Notes: a model not told the origin generated them from the sequence alone. 64,000 bases of DNA from Acetatifactor sp. (GCA_045590095.1 JAZNQI010000046.1:22821-86820), one strand, 5' to 3'; counted from the stretch's first letter, positions 10,211 to 21,165 are shown. Numbers and translations are program-made.

Positions 10211-11626
10211 GTGGCGCAAAAGAATGCTGAGAAAAATAAGATTACGAAATTTCGTAAGCCTTTAAATTTTAACATAGGAACTTTGATTTTCATTACGGTA
10301 TTTATATATGTTTTGGTATATGTAATTATTTCATTCCAATCAGAAAAAATCATTCCGTATGAGGTTAAGGAAGGTTCACTTGCAATTAATCATACATATA
10401 GAGCATTGGCTTTGCGTGATGAACAGGTAGTATCCGCAGATAAATCCGGCTATATCAATTATTTTGCAAGAGAAGGCGAACGTGTAGCTTTAGGGAATCT
10501 GGTTTATTCCGTAGATGAGACCGGTGAATTACAGGATTATTTTGAAAATGTCGCACTTGCCGAAGGAAAAAGTACACTGTCAGAAGAAGAATTGATTGAA
10601 TTACGCAGTAAAGTGGTAATGTTTACAAAACAGTTTGACAGTAAAAATTTTTCGGATATTTATGATTTTAAATATGATTTAAAAAGCGACACCTTAAAAT
10701 TATCCAATACGCACATATTGGAAGGTATTGATTCCATACAATATTCTGAAATAAATAGTATGTTATCAAAGTGTTATTCCAAGAATACCGGTATTATTAC
10801 GTATTACGTGGATGGATTTGAAGAAATTAATCCTGAGAATGTTACCATGGATATGTTTAACGAGGAGCAATATACCAAGACACAGCTTACAGACAGTGCA
10901 CTTGTGACTGCAGGAGAGCCGGTTTATAAATTATCAAAAGATGAAAATTGGTCATTGATTATTCCGATTGATGAAAACATGGCGGAAGATTTTCTGGCAG
11001 AACAATATATTAAGGTTCGTTTTCTAAAAAATCAATACGAGTCATGGGGCGAGGTTTTTGTACATACAGGAGCGGACGGAAAGTCATATATGGAATTACG
11101 TTTTACCAATTCTATGATTACGTTTGCGAAGGATCGCTTTGTTGATATTGAATTATTATTGCATGATGAAGTAGGACTAAAGATACCAAATACTTCAATT
11201 GTAAACAAAGATTTCTATCTGATACCCAAGTCATATGTAACGGAAATGGGGGACAGCGGAATGGGTACTGTTCTGCGTGAAAGATACAAAGAAGACGGTA
11301 CAATTACCAGTGAAGTTTTGGATGTGGTTCTCTACAATTATGATTCTGCTACGGATGAGTATTATATTGAGTCGACTGCTTTACAATCCGGTGATAATTT
11401 AGTGCTTTTGGACAGCCAGGAGAGATACACCATCAGTAAGAAAGGCTCATTGATCGGCGTTTATTACATGAATAAGGGATATGCCGATTTCAGGCAGATA
11501 CAGATTTTGTATCAGAACGACGAATATGCAATTGTCCGTTCCAATACCATGTATGGTTTGAATGTGTATGATTATATTGTCCTTAACGCAGAAACGGTAA
11601 GTGATGAACAGATTATTTATAACTAG
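10211..11626 (+). CDS. Membrane-anchored HlyD/membrane-fusion-like protein of unknown function
   Basis: GTG start after GGAGGA; N-terminal TM; barrel-sandwich hybrid-like SGYINYFAREGERV...VYSVD and GEPVYKL. Confidence 0.7.
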   Translation: MAQKNAEKNKITKFRKPLNFNIGTLIFITVFIYVLVYVIISFQSEKIIPYEVKEGSLAINHTYRALALRDEQVVSADKSGYINYFAREGERVALGNLVYSVDETGELQDYFENVALAEGKSTLSEEELIELRSKVVMFTKQFDSKNFSDIYDFKYDLKSDTLKLSNTHILEGIDSIQYSEINSMLSKCYSKNTGIITYYVDGFEEINPENVTMDMFNEEQYTKTQLTDSALVTAGEPVYKLSKDENWSLIIPIDENMAEDFLAEQYIKVRFLKNQYESWGEVFVHTGADGKSYMELRFTNSMITFAKDRFVDIELLLHDEVGLKIPNTSIVNKDFYLIPKSYVTEMGDSGMGTVLRERYKEDGTITSEVLDVVLYNYDSATDEYYIESTALQSGDNLVLLDSQERYTISKKGSLIGVYYMNKGYADFRQIQILYQNDEYAIVRSNTMYGLNVYDYIVLNAETVSDEQIIYN

Positions 11627-11636
11627 GAGTGCTCAT

Positions 11637-12338
11637 ATGGACATGATATCAAAGAATATTGGTGATGTGTTGGCGCGAATCCGAAAGGCGGAATTGAAGT
11701 CCGTACATCAGCAGGAAGTGTCGCTGATTGCAGTCAGCAAAACAAAACCTGTGGAAATGATAAAAGAAGCCTATGGGTTAGGGATTCGTGATTTTGGTGA
11801 GAATAAAGTTCAGGAATTGGTTCAGAAATACGAAGAATTACCCAAGGATATCAGGTGGCATATGATTGGTCATTTGCAACGCAATAAAGTGAAATATATT
11901 GTGGACAAGGTTTATTTGATTCATAGTGTTGATTCCTTGCGATTGGCAGAAGAAATCAGTAAAGAAGCAGGAAAAAAAGGAGTATGTGTTAATATTTTAA
12001 TTGAAGTTAATATTGCAAATGAAGATTCTAAATTTGGTATTGAAAATGTAGATGACTGTTTGGAATTGGTTATGCAAATTGCTCAATTGCCTAATATTTA
12101 TGTCAAAGGACTGATGACAGTTGCTCCTTTTACTGAAAATGCAGAGGAAAATAGAGTATATTTTGCAAAATTAAGGCAATTAGCTGTTGACATAACGAAG
12201 AAAAACATTGATAATGTTAATATAGGTATTTTGTCTATGGGTATGTCCGGCGACTTTGAGGTTGCAATCGAAGAAGGCGCCACATACGTCAGGGTCGGTA
12301 CTGATATTTTTGGAAGAAGAAATTATGGAAAGCTATAA
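11637..12338 (+). CDS. yggS: PLP homeostasis protein YggS/YlmE
   Basis: AVSKTK, FGENKVQE, WHMIGHLQRNK, SMGMSGD and VRVGTDIFG. Confidence 0.96.
   Translation: MDMISKNIGDVLARIRKAELKSVHQQEVSLIAVSKTKPVEMIKEAYGLGIRDFGENKVQELVQKYEELPKDIRWHMIGHLQRNKVKYIVDKVYLIHSVDSLRLAEEISKEAGKKGVCVNILIEVNIANEDSKFGIENVDDCLELVMQIAQLPNIYVKGLMTVAPFTENAEENRVYFAKLRQLAVDITKKNIDNVNIGILSMGMSGDFEVAIEEGATYVRVGTDIFGRRNYGKL
12187..12215 (+). promoter_or_regulatory. Putative sigma-A promoter inside yggS, upstream of sepF
   Basis: TTGACA-17bp-GATAAT. Confidence 0.5.
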
Positions 12339-12364
12339 TGTCTGAATAAAAGGAGATAGGGTTC

Positions 12365-12892
12365 ATGGGTGTAATGGATAAGTTCTTAAACTATATGAAA
12401 TTAAATGATGATGATGACGATTACGATGATAGTGATTATTATGATGATGAACCGGTGGAACCTAAAACACCTATTTTTTCAAAAAAGGCAGCGGCTAAGG
12501 AAGAGGAAGAAATTATTGAGAAACCTGTTTCTAAAAGAAATGCTTCCGCTAGCAAAATCACTCAGATGAGACAGTCATCTGCCAGAAAAGCATCTTCCGG
12601 AAACGGTATGGAAGTATGTGTAATGAAACCGACTTCTATTGATGAAGCAAGAGAGATTACAGATACTCTTTTGGCGAACAGAACCGTAGTGTTGAATTTG
12701 GAAGGTATTGATGTAGATGTTGCACAGAGAATCATTGATTTTGCATCAGGTTCCTGCTATGCAATCAGTGGTAACTTGCAGAAGATTTCACATTATATAT
12801 TTATTATTACTCCGGCTTCTGTTGATGTGTCAGGAGATTTCCAGGATATTTTCGGAGGAGCATTTGACTCGCCGCTTAGTGATTTACGCTAA
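12365..12892 (+). CDS. sepF: Cell division protein SepF
   Basis: Acidic N-terminus, VVLNLE and AQRIIDFASG; follows yggS. Confidence 0.93.
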   Translation: MGVMDKFLNYMKLNDDDDDYDDSDYYDDEPVEPKTPIFSKKAAAKEEEEIIEKPVSKRNASASKITQMRQSSARKASSGNGMEVCVMKPTSIDEAREITDTLLANRTVVLNLEGIDVDVAQRIIDFASGSCYAISGNLQKISHYIFIITPASVDVSGDFQDIFGGAFDSPLSDLR

Positions 12893-12908
12893 TTGATTGA
12901 TGTCAGCA

Positions 12909-12950
12909 TCCCTTCATTTGCATATGAAGCAGATGAAGGGAATTTTTTTT
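12909..12950 (+). terminator. Rho-independent terminator
   Basis: TCCCTTCATTTGC...GCAGATGAAGGGA followed by T8. Confidence 0.75.
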
Positions 12951-12977
12951 GAATGTTTTAAGTGAAGGAGTGTTTTT

Positions 12978-14078
12978 ATGTCACAAAGAATACCTGTTTT
13001 ATTTGATAAAAAGCCTTGCTACGATATTTATATCGGCAGAGGGTTTGAAGAATTGGAAAATGAATTATCATCCATCGTGGATAAGGAAAGAAAGGTTTGT
13101 ATTGTTACCGATTCCATTGTAGGACCTTTGTATGCGGAAAGTGTAAAGAGTATTGTAGAAAAAATTGTTTCAAAAGTATGTGTTTTTACTTTACCCGCAG
13201 GGGAAGAAAACAAAACTTTGGACAATGTGAAAACTGTGTATGAGTTTTTAATTCAAGAAGGTTTTCAAAGAAAAGATGTATTAGTTGCTCTTGGCGGCGG
13301 CGTTGTGGGTGATATGACCGGATATATTGCTGCAACATACCTTAGAGGAGTGGATTATATTCAGATACCCACCACCTTACTTTCTCAGAACGATAGCAGT
13401 ATTGGCGGAAAGACAGGTGTGGATTTTGACGGTTACAAAAATATGGTTGGAGCTTTTAAGATGCCCCGATTGGTATATATGAATCTGGAAGTGTTGAAAA
13501 CCTTGGATGACAGACAGTTTTTCTCCGGCTTTGCAGAGGTAATGAAGCATGGTTTGATTAAAGACCAAAAGTTTTATATTTGGTTGATTGAAAATATGTA
13601 CGAGATTTGCGAGCGTGATTTAGATGTGTTAGAAGAGATGATTGTACGTAGTTGCAATATTAAGCGTATGGTTGTAGAAAAGGACCCTACAGAACAGGGC
13701 GAAAGAGCATTGCTAAATTTTGGACATACTATCGGACATGCTATTGAAAAATCCAAAAATTTCACCCTTACTCATGGTGAATGTATTTCCCTTGGTATGG
13801 TTGCTGCAGCATTTATTTCATGGAAACGCGGTAAAATCGGTATGGAGATCTATTACGAAGTGCGCGATATGTTTGTGCCTTTTTATTTACCTATTTCCAT
13901 AGATGATATTGATGCACAGGAAATATTGAAATTAACGAAATCTGACAAAAAGGCAGAAGCAGGAACTGTTAAATTTATTTTATTAAACCGTATCGGACAG
14001 GCTGTAATTGATAAAACAGTTACGGATGAGGAAATATTAGATGCGTTAAAAGAGATTATTTTTGTAGAAGAGGATTAA
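12978..14078 (+). CDS. aroB: 3-dehydroquinate synthase
   Basis: GGGVVGD, DSSIGGKTG, KNMVG, LNFGHTIGHAIE and HGE. Confidence 0.96.
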   Translation: MSQRIPVLFDKKPCYDIYIGRGFEELENELSSIVDKERKVCIVTDSIVGPLYAESVKSIVEKIVSKVCVFTLPAGEENKTLDNVKTVYEFLIQEGFQRKDVLVALGGGVVGDMTGYIAATYLRGVDYIQIPTTLLSQNDSSIGGKTGVDFDGYKNMVGAFKMPRLVYMNLEVLKTLDDRQFFSGFAEVMKHGLIKDQKFYIWLIENMYEICERDLDVLEEMIVRSCNIKRMVVEKDPTEQGERALLNFGHTIGHAIEKSKNFTLTHGECISLGMVAAAFISWKRGKIGMEIYYEVRDMFVPFYLPISIDDIDAQEILKLTKSDKKAEAGTVKFILLNRIGQAVIDKTVTDEEILDALKEIIFVEED

Positions 14079-14081
14079 AGC

Positions 14082-14600
14082 GTGAATAAGAAAATACGTT
14101 TATGTATGGATGTTGTTTTAGTTATTGTACTTGTGTGGTTAGATCAATTTACTAAGAAGTTAGCAGTTGATAAATTAATGGACAAGCCGGCATTCCCCAT
14201 TATAAACGGGGTGTTAGAGTTTGATTATTTGGAAAACCGCGGTGTTGCTTTTGGCATGTTTCAAGGACAGCGTATCCTGATTTTACTTGTTGGGGTTGTT
14301 GTTATTGCAGGACTATTGTATCTTATGCTGAAAATGCCTAGCGGACGTAAATACACAATTTTTCATGTGATTACAGCCTTTATTATTGCAGGCGGTATCG
14401 GAAATATCATTGACCGTGTCAGTCTGGAGTATGTAATTGATTTTATTTCATTTGTATTGATTGATTTCCCAATATTTAATGTGGCTGATTGTTATGTGAC
14501 TTGTGGTGTTATTGCCATGTGTATTATGATTTTATTTGTGTTTAAAGAAGATGATTTAGATTTTCTTAGTTTTAAAAAATCCAAGGAGAAGGAAGATTAA
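14082..14600 (+). CDS. lspA: Signal peptidase II
   Basis: DQFTK, NRGVAFG, GNIIDR, VIDFI and FNVAD. Confidence 0.96.
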   Translation: MNKKIRLCMDVVLVIVLVWLDQFTKKLAVDKLMDKPAFPIINGVLEFDYLENRGVAFGMFQGQRILILLVGVVVIAGLLYLMLKMPSGRKYTIFHVITAFIIAGGIGNIIDRVSLEYVIDFISFVLIDFPIFNVADCYVTCGVIAMCIMILFVFKEDDLDFLSFKKSKEKED

Positions 14601-15523
14601 TGCAGGAGTATCGCTTTCAGATAACTGAAGAATTAGAGGATGAACGACTTGATAAGGCTATCAGTATGTTAATTGAAACTCTGTCTCGTAGTTATGTGTC
14701 AAAACTTATAAAAAGCGACACTGTATATGTAAATGGTAAACCTGCCAAAAGCAGTTATCAGTTGAAAGCGGATGATGAAGTAGTATTTGAATTGCCGCCG
14801 TCTCAAGAACCGAATATTTCGCCTGAGAATATTCCTTTAAATATTTTATATGAAGACAAGGATGTAATTGTTGTTAATAAACCGAAAGGAATGGTAGTAC
14901 ATCCGGCGGCAGGCCATTACAGCGGAACGCTGGTAAATGCATTGATGTATCACTGCGGACATGAACTTTCGGGAATCAATGGTGTTATGCGTCCCGGTAT
15001 TGTTCACAGAATAGACATGGATACGACAGGTTCATTGATTGTCTGTAAAAATGATAAGTCACACAATCATATTGCTAACCAACTGAAAGAACACAGTATT
15101 AACAGAAAATATCATGCCATTTGTCATGGGGTGCTCAAAGAGGATGAGGGTATAATTCACAAACCTATTGGCCGACATCAGGTAGACAGAAAGAAAATGA
15201 CAGTGGATGAACGAAACGGAAAAGATGCAATTACTCATTACCGTGTTTTGGAACGGTATAAGGAGTATACTTATGTGGAATGTAAGTTAGAAACAGGTCG
15301 TACGCACCAAATACGTGTACATATGGCCAGTATTGGTCATCCTCTTGTTGGAGATGAGGTATACGCAGGGAACAGAAAGTCTCCCTTTAAGACGCAGGGA
15401 CAGACCTTACACGCTAAAATTCTGGGGTTTATACATCCGCAGAGTGAGGAATATGTAGAAACAGATGCTCCCTTGCCGGAGTATTTTGAGGGGATGTTGG
15501 AACGTCTTCGTAAAACTAAATAA
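14600..15523 (+). CDS. rluD: RluA/RluD family pseudouridine synthase
   Basis: S4 domain, NKPKGMVVHP, HRIDMDTTG and TGRTHQIR; follows lspA. Confidence 0.88.
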   Translation: MQEYRFQITEELEDERLDKAISMLIETLSRSYVSKLIKSDTVYVNGKPAKSSYQLKADDEVVFELPPSQEPNISPENIPLNILYEDKDVIVVNKPKGMVVHPAAGHYSGTLVNALMYHCGHELSGINGVMRPGIVHRIDMDTTGSLIVCKNDKSHNHIANQLKEHSINRKYHAICHGVLKEDEGIIHKPIGRHQVDRKKMTVDERNGKDAITHYRVLERYKEYTYVECKLETGRTHQIRVHMASIGHPLVGDEVYAGNRKSPFKTQGQTLHAKILGFIHPQSEEYVETDAPLPEYFEGMLERLRKTK

Positions 15524-15534
15524 ATTTGATTCGG

Positions 15535-15565
15535 AAGAGGTATATTTTTGATATGCCTCTTTTTT
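15535..15565 (+). terminator. Rho-independent terminator
   Basis: AAGAGGTATAT-loop-ATATGCCTCTT then T-tract. Confidence 0.7.
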
Positions 15566-15576
15566 ATAAAAAAATA

Positions 15577-15605
15577 TTGTCTGTAAATTCAAAATATTGT
15601 ATAAT
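15577..15605 (+). promoter_or_regulatory. Putative sigma-A promoter overlapped by CodY-like boxes
   Basis: TTGTCT-17bp-TATAAT; TATTGTCTGTAAATT matches AATTTTCWGAAAATT at 12/15. Confidence 0.55.
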
Positions 15606-15645
15606 CAATATATACTAAAATATACATGAAAAGGAGTGGGTGTAT

Positions 15646-16272
15646 ATGAAAACTATTATTACAATCGGCAGACAATTTGGTTCGGGTGGACGTGAAATCG
15701 GCGAAAAAGTTGCAGCACATTTCGGTATTAAATGCTACGATAAGGAATTGCTCTCGAGAGCTGCTAAAGAAAGTGGTTTTTGCGAGGAAATGATTCAGAA
15801 TCATGACGAAAGACCGACGAATTCTTTTTTGTATAATTTAGTAATGGATACTTATTCTTTTGGGTATAATGCTTCTTCTTTTGTTGATATGCCCATTAGT
15901 CATAAGGTGTTTTTGGCACAGTTTGATACCATTAAGAGAATTGCGGATGAAGGTCCTTGTGTAATCGTAGGTCGTTGCGCTGATTATGCTCTGGCTGATA
16001 ATGAAAACTGTTTACATATATTCATTTATGCAGATGAAAAATGTAAGACAAAACGTATCATGGAAAAGTATGAATTGTCCGAATCTAAAGCAAAAGATAT
16101 GTGTATAAAGAAAGATAAGCAGAGACAGAGTTATTATAATTATTACTCATCAAAGAAATGGGGACGCGCAGACAGTTATGATTTATGTATTAACAGTAGT
16201 GTTCTGGGGGTAGATGGTACTGTGAAATTAATTATACAGTATATTGAGGATTTTGAAACAAAGAATAATTAA
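15646..16272 (+). CDS. Cytidylate kinase-like family protein
   Basis: IGRQFGSGG P-loop, VIVGRCAD and YDLCINSS. Confidence 0.88.
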   Translation: MKTIITIGRQFGSGGREIGEKVAAHFGIKCYDKELLSRAAKESGFCEEMIQNHDERPTNSFLYNLVMDTYSFGYNASSFVDMPISHKVFLAQFDTIKRIADEGPCVIVGRCADYALADNENCLHIFIYADEKCKTKRIMEKYELSESKAKDMCIKKDKQRQSYYNYYSSKKWGRADSYDLCINSSVLGVDGTVKLIIQYIEDFETKNN

Positions 16273-16279
16273 TTTGAAA

Positions 16280-16305
16280 ATGGGTGAGGAATAATCCTCA
16301 CCCAT
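16280..16305. terminator. Hairpin between convergent genes
   Basis: ATGGGTGAGGA-ATAA-TCCTCACCCAT perfect 11-bp stem. Confidence 0.55.
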
Positions 16306-16597
16306 GTACTGTTGGGAGACTGCTCAAGTTATTACTTTCTGAACCATCCGGCAGAGACTTAAGATATTCGGTATCTTTTCGATGGGCAACTCCTACACCG
16401 CGGATTTCACCGGCTTTGGCCATAGCAACGCCTTCTTCCTTTGAAACCATAGCTCCATCGGAAAGTTGATAACCGGTGATTTTGCTGCCGCTTTTTAATA
16501 ATCCGGTGATTTCTTTTGCATCAGACTTGGGTTGCGGAACTTCATCAAGTGCATTATAGGCCAATTCCGCTCCTAAATTTTGATTATTTTGATTCAT
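16298..16597 (-). CDS. DUF3892 domain protein
   Basis: ITGYQLSDG...YLKSLPDG..NNLSSLP signature. Confidence 0.8.
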   Translation of the reverse strand: MNQNNQNLGAELAYNALDEVPQPKSDAKEITGLLKSGSKITGYQLSDGAMVSKEEGVAMAKAGEIRGVGVAHRKDTEYLKSLPDGSESNNLSSLPTVHG

Positions 16598-16636
16598 AGT
16601 TCTTCTCCATATTGCTAATATTATTTATTACATTTA

Positions 16637-16666
16637 TAGTATTGGTGGATCGAAATACTAATATGC
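16637..16666 (-). promoter_or_regulatory. Putative sigma-G/F (forespore) promoter
   Basis: Minus strand GCATA-18bp-AATACTA. Confidence 0.45.
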
Positions 16667-16696
16667 ATTTTTTGATAAATAATTTTTAAAATATAG

Positions 16697-16725
16697 TTGA
16701 CTTTTTGAGGCACCTCATGTATACT
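16697..16725 (+). promoter_or_regulatory. Sigma-A promoter of the rplU operon
   Basis: TTGACT-17bp-TATACT. Confidence 0.7.
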
Positions 16726-16730
16726 AATCG

Positions 16731-16810
16731 AGTATGCCGCATAACTAGGTATAAGTATGTCTTGACATCACCAAAGTTAGCGAGTAAGACGGACAATGTT
16801 CGTCATGATA
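16731..16810 (+). ncRNA. Probable ribosomal protein L21 leader
   Basis: About 90-nt 5' UTR starting GTATGCCGC between the promoter and rplU RBS, with local stems (e.g. GACGGACA/TGTTCGTC); position matches the Firmicute L21 leader. Confidence 0.55.
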
Positions 16811-16823
16811 GGAGGTGCCTTTT

Positions 16824-17129
16824 ATGTACGCAATTATTGCAACAGGTGGAAAGCAGTACAAGGTTTCTGAAGGAGACGTTATCAAGGTTGAGAAGTTAAA
16901 CGCAGAAGCTGGTGAAACTGTAACATTTGACCAGGTTATCGCAGTAAGTGATGATACCCTCAAGGTTGGTGCTGATGTAGCTAAGGCTACTGTAGCTGCA
17001 ACTGTTATGGAGCAGGGTAAGGGTAAGAAGGTTATTGTATACAAGTACAAGAGAAAAACCGGTTACCACAAAAAGAACGGTCATAGACAAGCATACACTC
17101 AGGTTAAGATTGACAAGATTAATGCTTAA
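16824..17129 (+). CDS. rplU: 50S ribosomal protein L21
   Basis: [14 protein letters not shown]...GHRQAYT. Confidence 0.98.
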   Translation: MYAIIATGGKQYKVSEGDVIKVEKLNAEAGETVTFDQVIAVSDDTLKVGADVAKATVAATVMEQGKGKKVIVYKYKRKTGYHKKNGHRQAYTQVKIDKINA

Positions 17130-17153
17130 TAGTTCTTTATAAGGACAAGAGAT

Positions 17154-17486
17154 ATGACAACTATTACAATTTGTAAAACTGCAGATGGTAAGTATACCGG
17201 ATTTACCTGTTTTGGTCATGCCGGTTATGCGAAAAAAAATCGCCCTGATATTCTTTGTTCAGCAATTTCGATATTGGTAATAAATACCATTAATTCCTTG
17301 GAAGTGTTGGCCGGAGAACAGTTGAAGACGGTGACTGACGAGGAGACCGGATTTATTAAGTGTGATTTTGAAAATGATTTGCAGGATAAATCCATTTTAT
17401 TGATGGATGCCATGGTTTTTGGACTTGAGAATTTGAGCAAAAGCTATGGGGAACAGTATTTACAAGTAAAATTCGAGGAGGTGTAA
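17154..17486 (+). CDS. prp: Ribosomal-processing cysteine protease Prp (YsxB)
   Basis: GHA...CSA catalytic dyad; lies between rplU and rpmA. Confidence 0.93.
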   Translation: MTTITICKTADGKYTGFTCFGHAGYAKKNRPDILCSAISILVINTINSLEVLAGEQLKTVTDEETGFIKCDFENDLQDKSILLMDAMVFGLENLSKSYGEQYLQVKFEEV

Positions 17487-17489
17487 ACC

Positions 17490-17774
17490 ATGTTAAATAT
17501 GAACCTTCAATTCTTCGCTCATAAAAAGGGTGTTGGTTCTACTAAGAACGGTAGAGATTCTGAGTCTAAGAGACTTGGTGCGAAGAGAGCTGACGGACAA
17601 TTCGTAAAGGCTGGAAATATTCTTTACAGACAGCGCGGAACTAAGATTCATCCCGGTGTTAATGTAGGCAGAGGTGGCGATGATACCTTGTTTGCATTGG
17701 TAGATGGTGTTCTTAGATTCGAAAGAAAAGGAAGAGATAAAAAGCAGGCTTCCGTATATCCTGTAGAGGACTAA
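17490..17774 (+). CDS. rpmA: 50S ribosomal protein L27 with Prp-cleaved N-terminal extension
   Basis: [24 protein letters not shown]. Confidence 0.98.
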   Translation: MLNMNLQFFAHKKGVGSTKNGRDSESKRLGAKRADGQFVKAGNILYRQRGTKIHPGVNVGRGGDDTLFALVDGVLRFERKGRDKKQASVYPVED

Positions 17775-19163
<1,389 letters not shown>

Positions 19164-19186
19164 TTGTTTGGCGGAGGTGGTATATT

Positions 19187-19477
19187 ATGACCAGTAAACA
19201 GAGAGCATATTTGATGAGCCTTGCAAGCAATCTGAATCCTCTTTTTCAGGTTGGAAAGAGCAGTTTAACTCCGGAACTTACGGAAGCAATTTCAGAAAGT
19301 TTTAACAATAGAGAATTAATTAAAATTTCTGTATTAAAAAATTGTTTTGATGATCCCAAGGAAATTGCACAGACCATTGCTGAAAGAACCCATTCTCAGG
19401 TAATTCAGGTGATTGGCAAGAAAATCGTTTTATATAAACCCAATAAAGATAATCCTAAGATTGAGTTGCCTAAGTAA
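19187..19477 (+). CDS. yhbY: Ribosome assembly RNA-binding protein YhbY
   Basis: MTSKQRAYL, ELIKISV and QVIGKKIVLY (CRM domain). Confidence 0.95.
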   Translation: MTSKQRAYLMSLASNLNPLFQVGKSSLTPELTEAISESFNNRELIKISVLKNCFDDPKEIAQTIAERTHSQVIQVIGKKIVLYKPNKDNPKIELPK

Positions 19478-19502
19478 AATCTGTAATCGATAAGGAGGTT
19501 TT

Positions 19503-20126
19503 ATGATTTCCTTGAATAAATATTCTAAAGTGGGTATTTTGGGAGGCACTTTTAATCCCATCCATATGGGACATCTTTTAATGGCAGAATATGTAAAAGA
19601 AGCTGCAGACCTGGATGTGGTAATGATTTTGCCTAATGGAATATCTTACATGAAAGCCGGTACGAATGTGCTTCCTGGAGAAGTTCGTTTGAAAATGGTG
19701 GAGTTATGTATTGAAGATAATCCGAATTTGATTACTTCTGATATGGAAATCAAAAGAGAGGGAAATACTTATACTTACGAGACTTTATTGGAGTTAAAAG
19801 CAGATTGTCCGGACGTAGAGTTTTATTTTATCATTGGAGCGGATTCTCTTTTTAACATTGAAAAGTGGGTAAAGCCGGATGTGATTTTCGCAAATTGCAC
19901 TGTAGTAGCTGTGGGACGCAATCAGACTTCAAGAAAGGAATTGGAAGAAAAGAAAGCAGAACTGGAAAAGCGTTATAATGCAAAAATCTGCCTTTATGAG
20001 TTCCCGGAAGTAGAGATTTCATCTACAAAAATACGCGAAAATATTAAAGCAAAAAAAAGTTTTCGTTATATGGTACATGATAAGGTATGGAACTATATTT
20101 CGAAAAATGGGCTTTATAGAGAATAA
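19503..20126 (+). CDS. nadD: Nicotinate-nucleotide adenylyltransferase
   Basis: GGTFNPIHMGH, IIGAD and ISST. Confidence 0.95.
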   Translation: MISLNKYSKVGILGGTFNPIHMGHLLMAEYVKEAADLDVVMILPNGISYMKAGTNVLPGEVRLKMVELCIEDNPNLITSDMEIKREGNTYTYETLLELKADCPDVEFYFIIGADSLFNIEKWVKPDVIFANCTVVAVGRNQTSRKELEEKKAELEKRYNAKICLYEFPEVEISSTKIRENIKAKKSFRYMVHDKVWNYISKNGLYRE

Positions 20127-20154
20127 TAAACAAGAAGTCGGATGGTTATAAAAG

Positions 20155-20727
20155 ATGGATGTATCAAAAATACGCAAAGCATTGGAAAAAGAGCTGGATG
20201 GAAAAAGATATGAGCATACATTAGGAGTGGCATATACGGCTGCATCTTTGGCTATGTGTTATAATGTGGATATGGATTCTGCATTTGTGGCGGGGCTGCT
20301 TCATGACTGCGCCAAATGTATCAGTAACGAAAAGAAGATTAGCATTTGTGAAAAGCGTAAGATGAATATTTCGGAAGTGGAACGTAAGAACCCGTCACTT
20401 TTACACGCAAAAGTAGGTAGTGTATTGGCCATGGAAGAATATGATGTCGATGATATTGATATTATAAATGCAATTATGAATCATACTACCGGACGTCCGG
20501 GAATGTCTGCATTAGAAAAAATAATCTTTATAGCGGATTATATTGAACCGGGTAGAAATAAGGCTAAAAACCTTACGCAAATTCGTAAAATGGCATTTGA
20601 AGACTTAGATTTAACATTAATGAAGATATTGCAGGATACTCTGGATTATTTGCAGGAAACGGATGATGAGATTGATTGTAAGACGCAGGAAACGTATGAC
20701 TATTATGTAGCGTATGTTAAAAAATGA
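20155..20727 (+). CDS. yqeK: Bis(5'-nucleosyl)-tetraphosphatase YqeK (HD family)
   Basis: RYEHT, LLHDCAK, HTTG and ADYIEPGR; nadD-yqeK-rsfS synteny. Confidence 0.92.
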   Translation: MDVSKIRKALEKELDGKRYEHTLGVAYTAASLAMCYNVDMDSAFVAGLLHDCAKCISNEKKISICEKRKMNISEVERKNPSLLHAKVGSVLAMEEYDVDDIDIINAIMNHTTGRPGMSALEKIIFIADYIEPGRNKAKNLTQIRKMAFEDLDLTLMKILQDTLDYLQETDDEIDCKTQETYDYYVAYVKK

Positions 20728-20746
20728 TAGGATGGAGGCTTGTATA

Positions 20747-21094
20747 ATGAATTCTAAAGATATGGTAAAGATAGCAATTGAAGCATTGGAAGACAAAAAA
20801 GCGGAAGATATTAAGATAATTGATATTAGTGAGGTTTCCGTATTGGCAGATTATTTTTTGATTGCCGGAGGTAATAATTCCAGTCAGATTCAAGCATTGT
20901 GTAATAATGTGGAAGAGAAGTTGGGAAAAGCAGGATTTACATGCAAACAAATCGAAGGCTATGAAACTGCAAACTGGATTTTAATGGACTTTGGTGATAT
21001 TATTGTTCATATTTTTGATAAGGAAAACCGTTTGTTATATGATTTGGAAAGAATATGGAGAGACGGTAAGTTGGTTGAAAAAGAAATTTTTTAA
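20747..21094 (+). CDS. rsfS: Ribosome silencing factor
   Basis: DKKAEDI, WILMDFGDIIVHIF and YDLERIW. Confidence 0.96.
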   Translation: MNSKDMVKIAIEALEDKKAEDIKIIDISEVSVLADYFLIAGGNNSSQIQALCNNVEEKLGKAGFTCKQIEGYETANWILMDFGDIIVHIFDKENRLLYDLERIWRDGKLVEKEIF

Positions 21095-21115
21095 TGATAA
21101 CTGATGTCATAGACT

Positions 21116-21144
21116 AAAAAGAGGAGCTGGAAGCTCCTCTTTTT
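21116..21144. terminator. Bidirectional terminator
   Basis: AAAAAGAGGAGC-TGGAA-GCTCCTCTTTTT between convergent genes. Confidence 0.8.
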
Positions 21145-21165
21145 GTACTTAATTTCAGAATCAAA

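Noticed and set aside
9719-10219. 166-aa antisense ORF and similar shadows (342-773, 24685-25119, 50694-51134, 55700-56182 and others)
   Set aside because: They are opposite-strand mirrors of well-supported genes, with no recognisable motifs or clear RBS.
12403-12451. GAT-rich tandem repeat in sepF (also Lys-rich tracts near 58165-58205)
   Set aside because: Low-complexity coding for acidic or basic linkers; not an array.
17490-17516. N-terminal extension on L27
   Set aside because: Known Firmicute feature, cleaved by the adjacent Prp.
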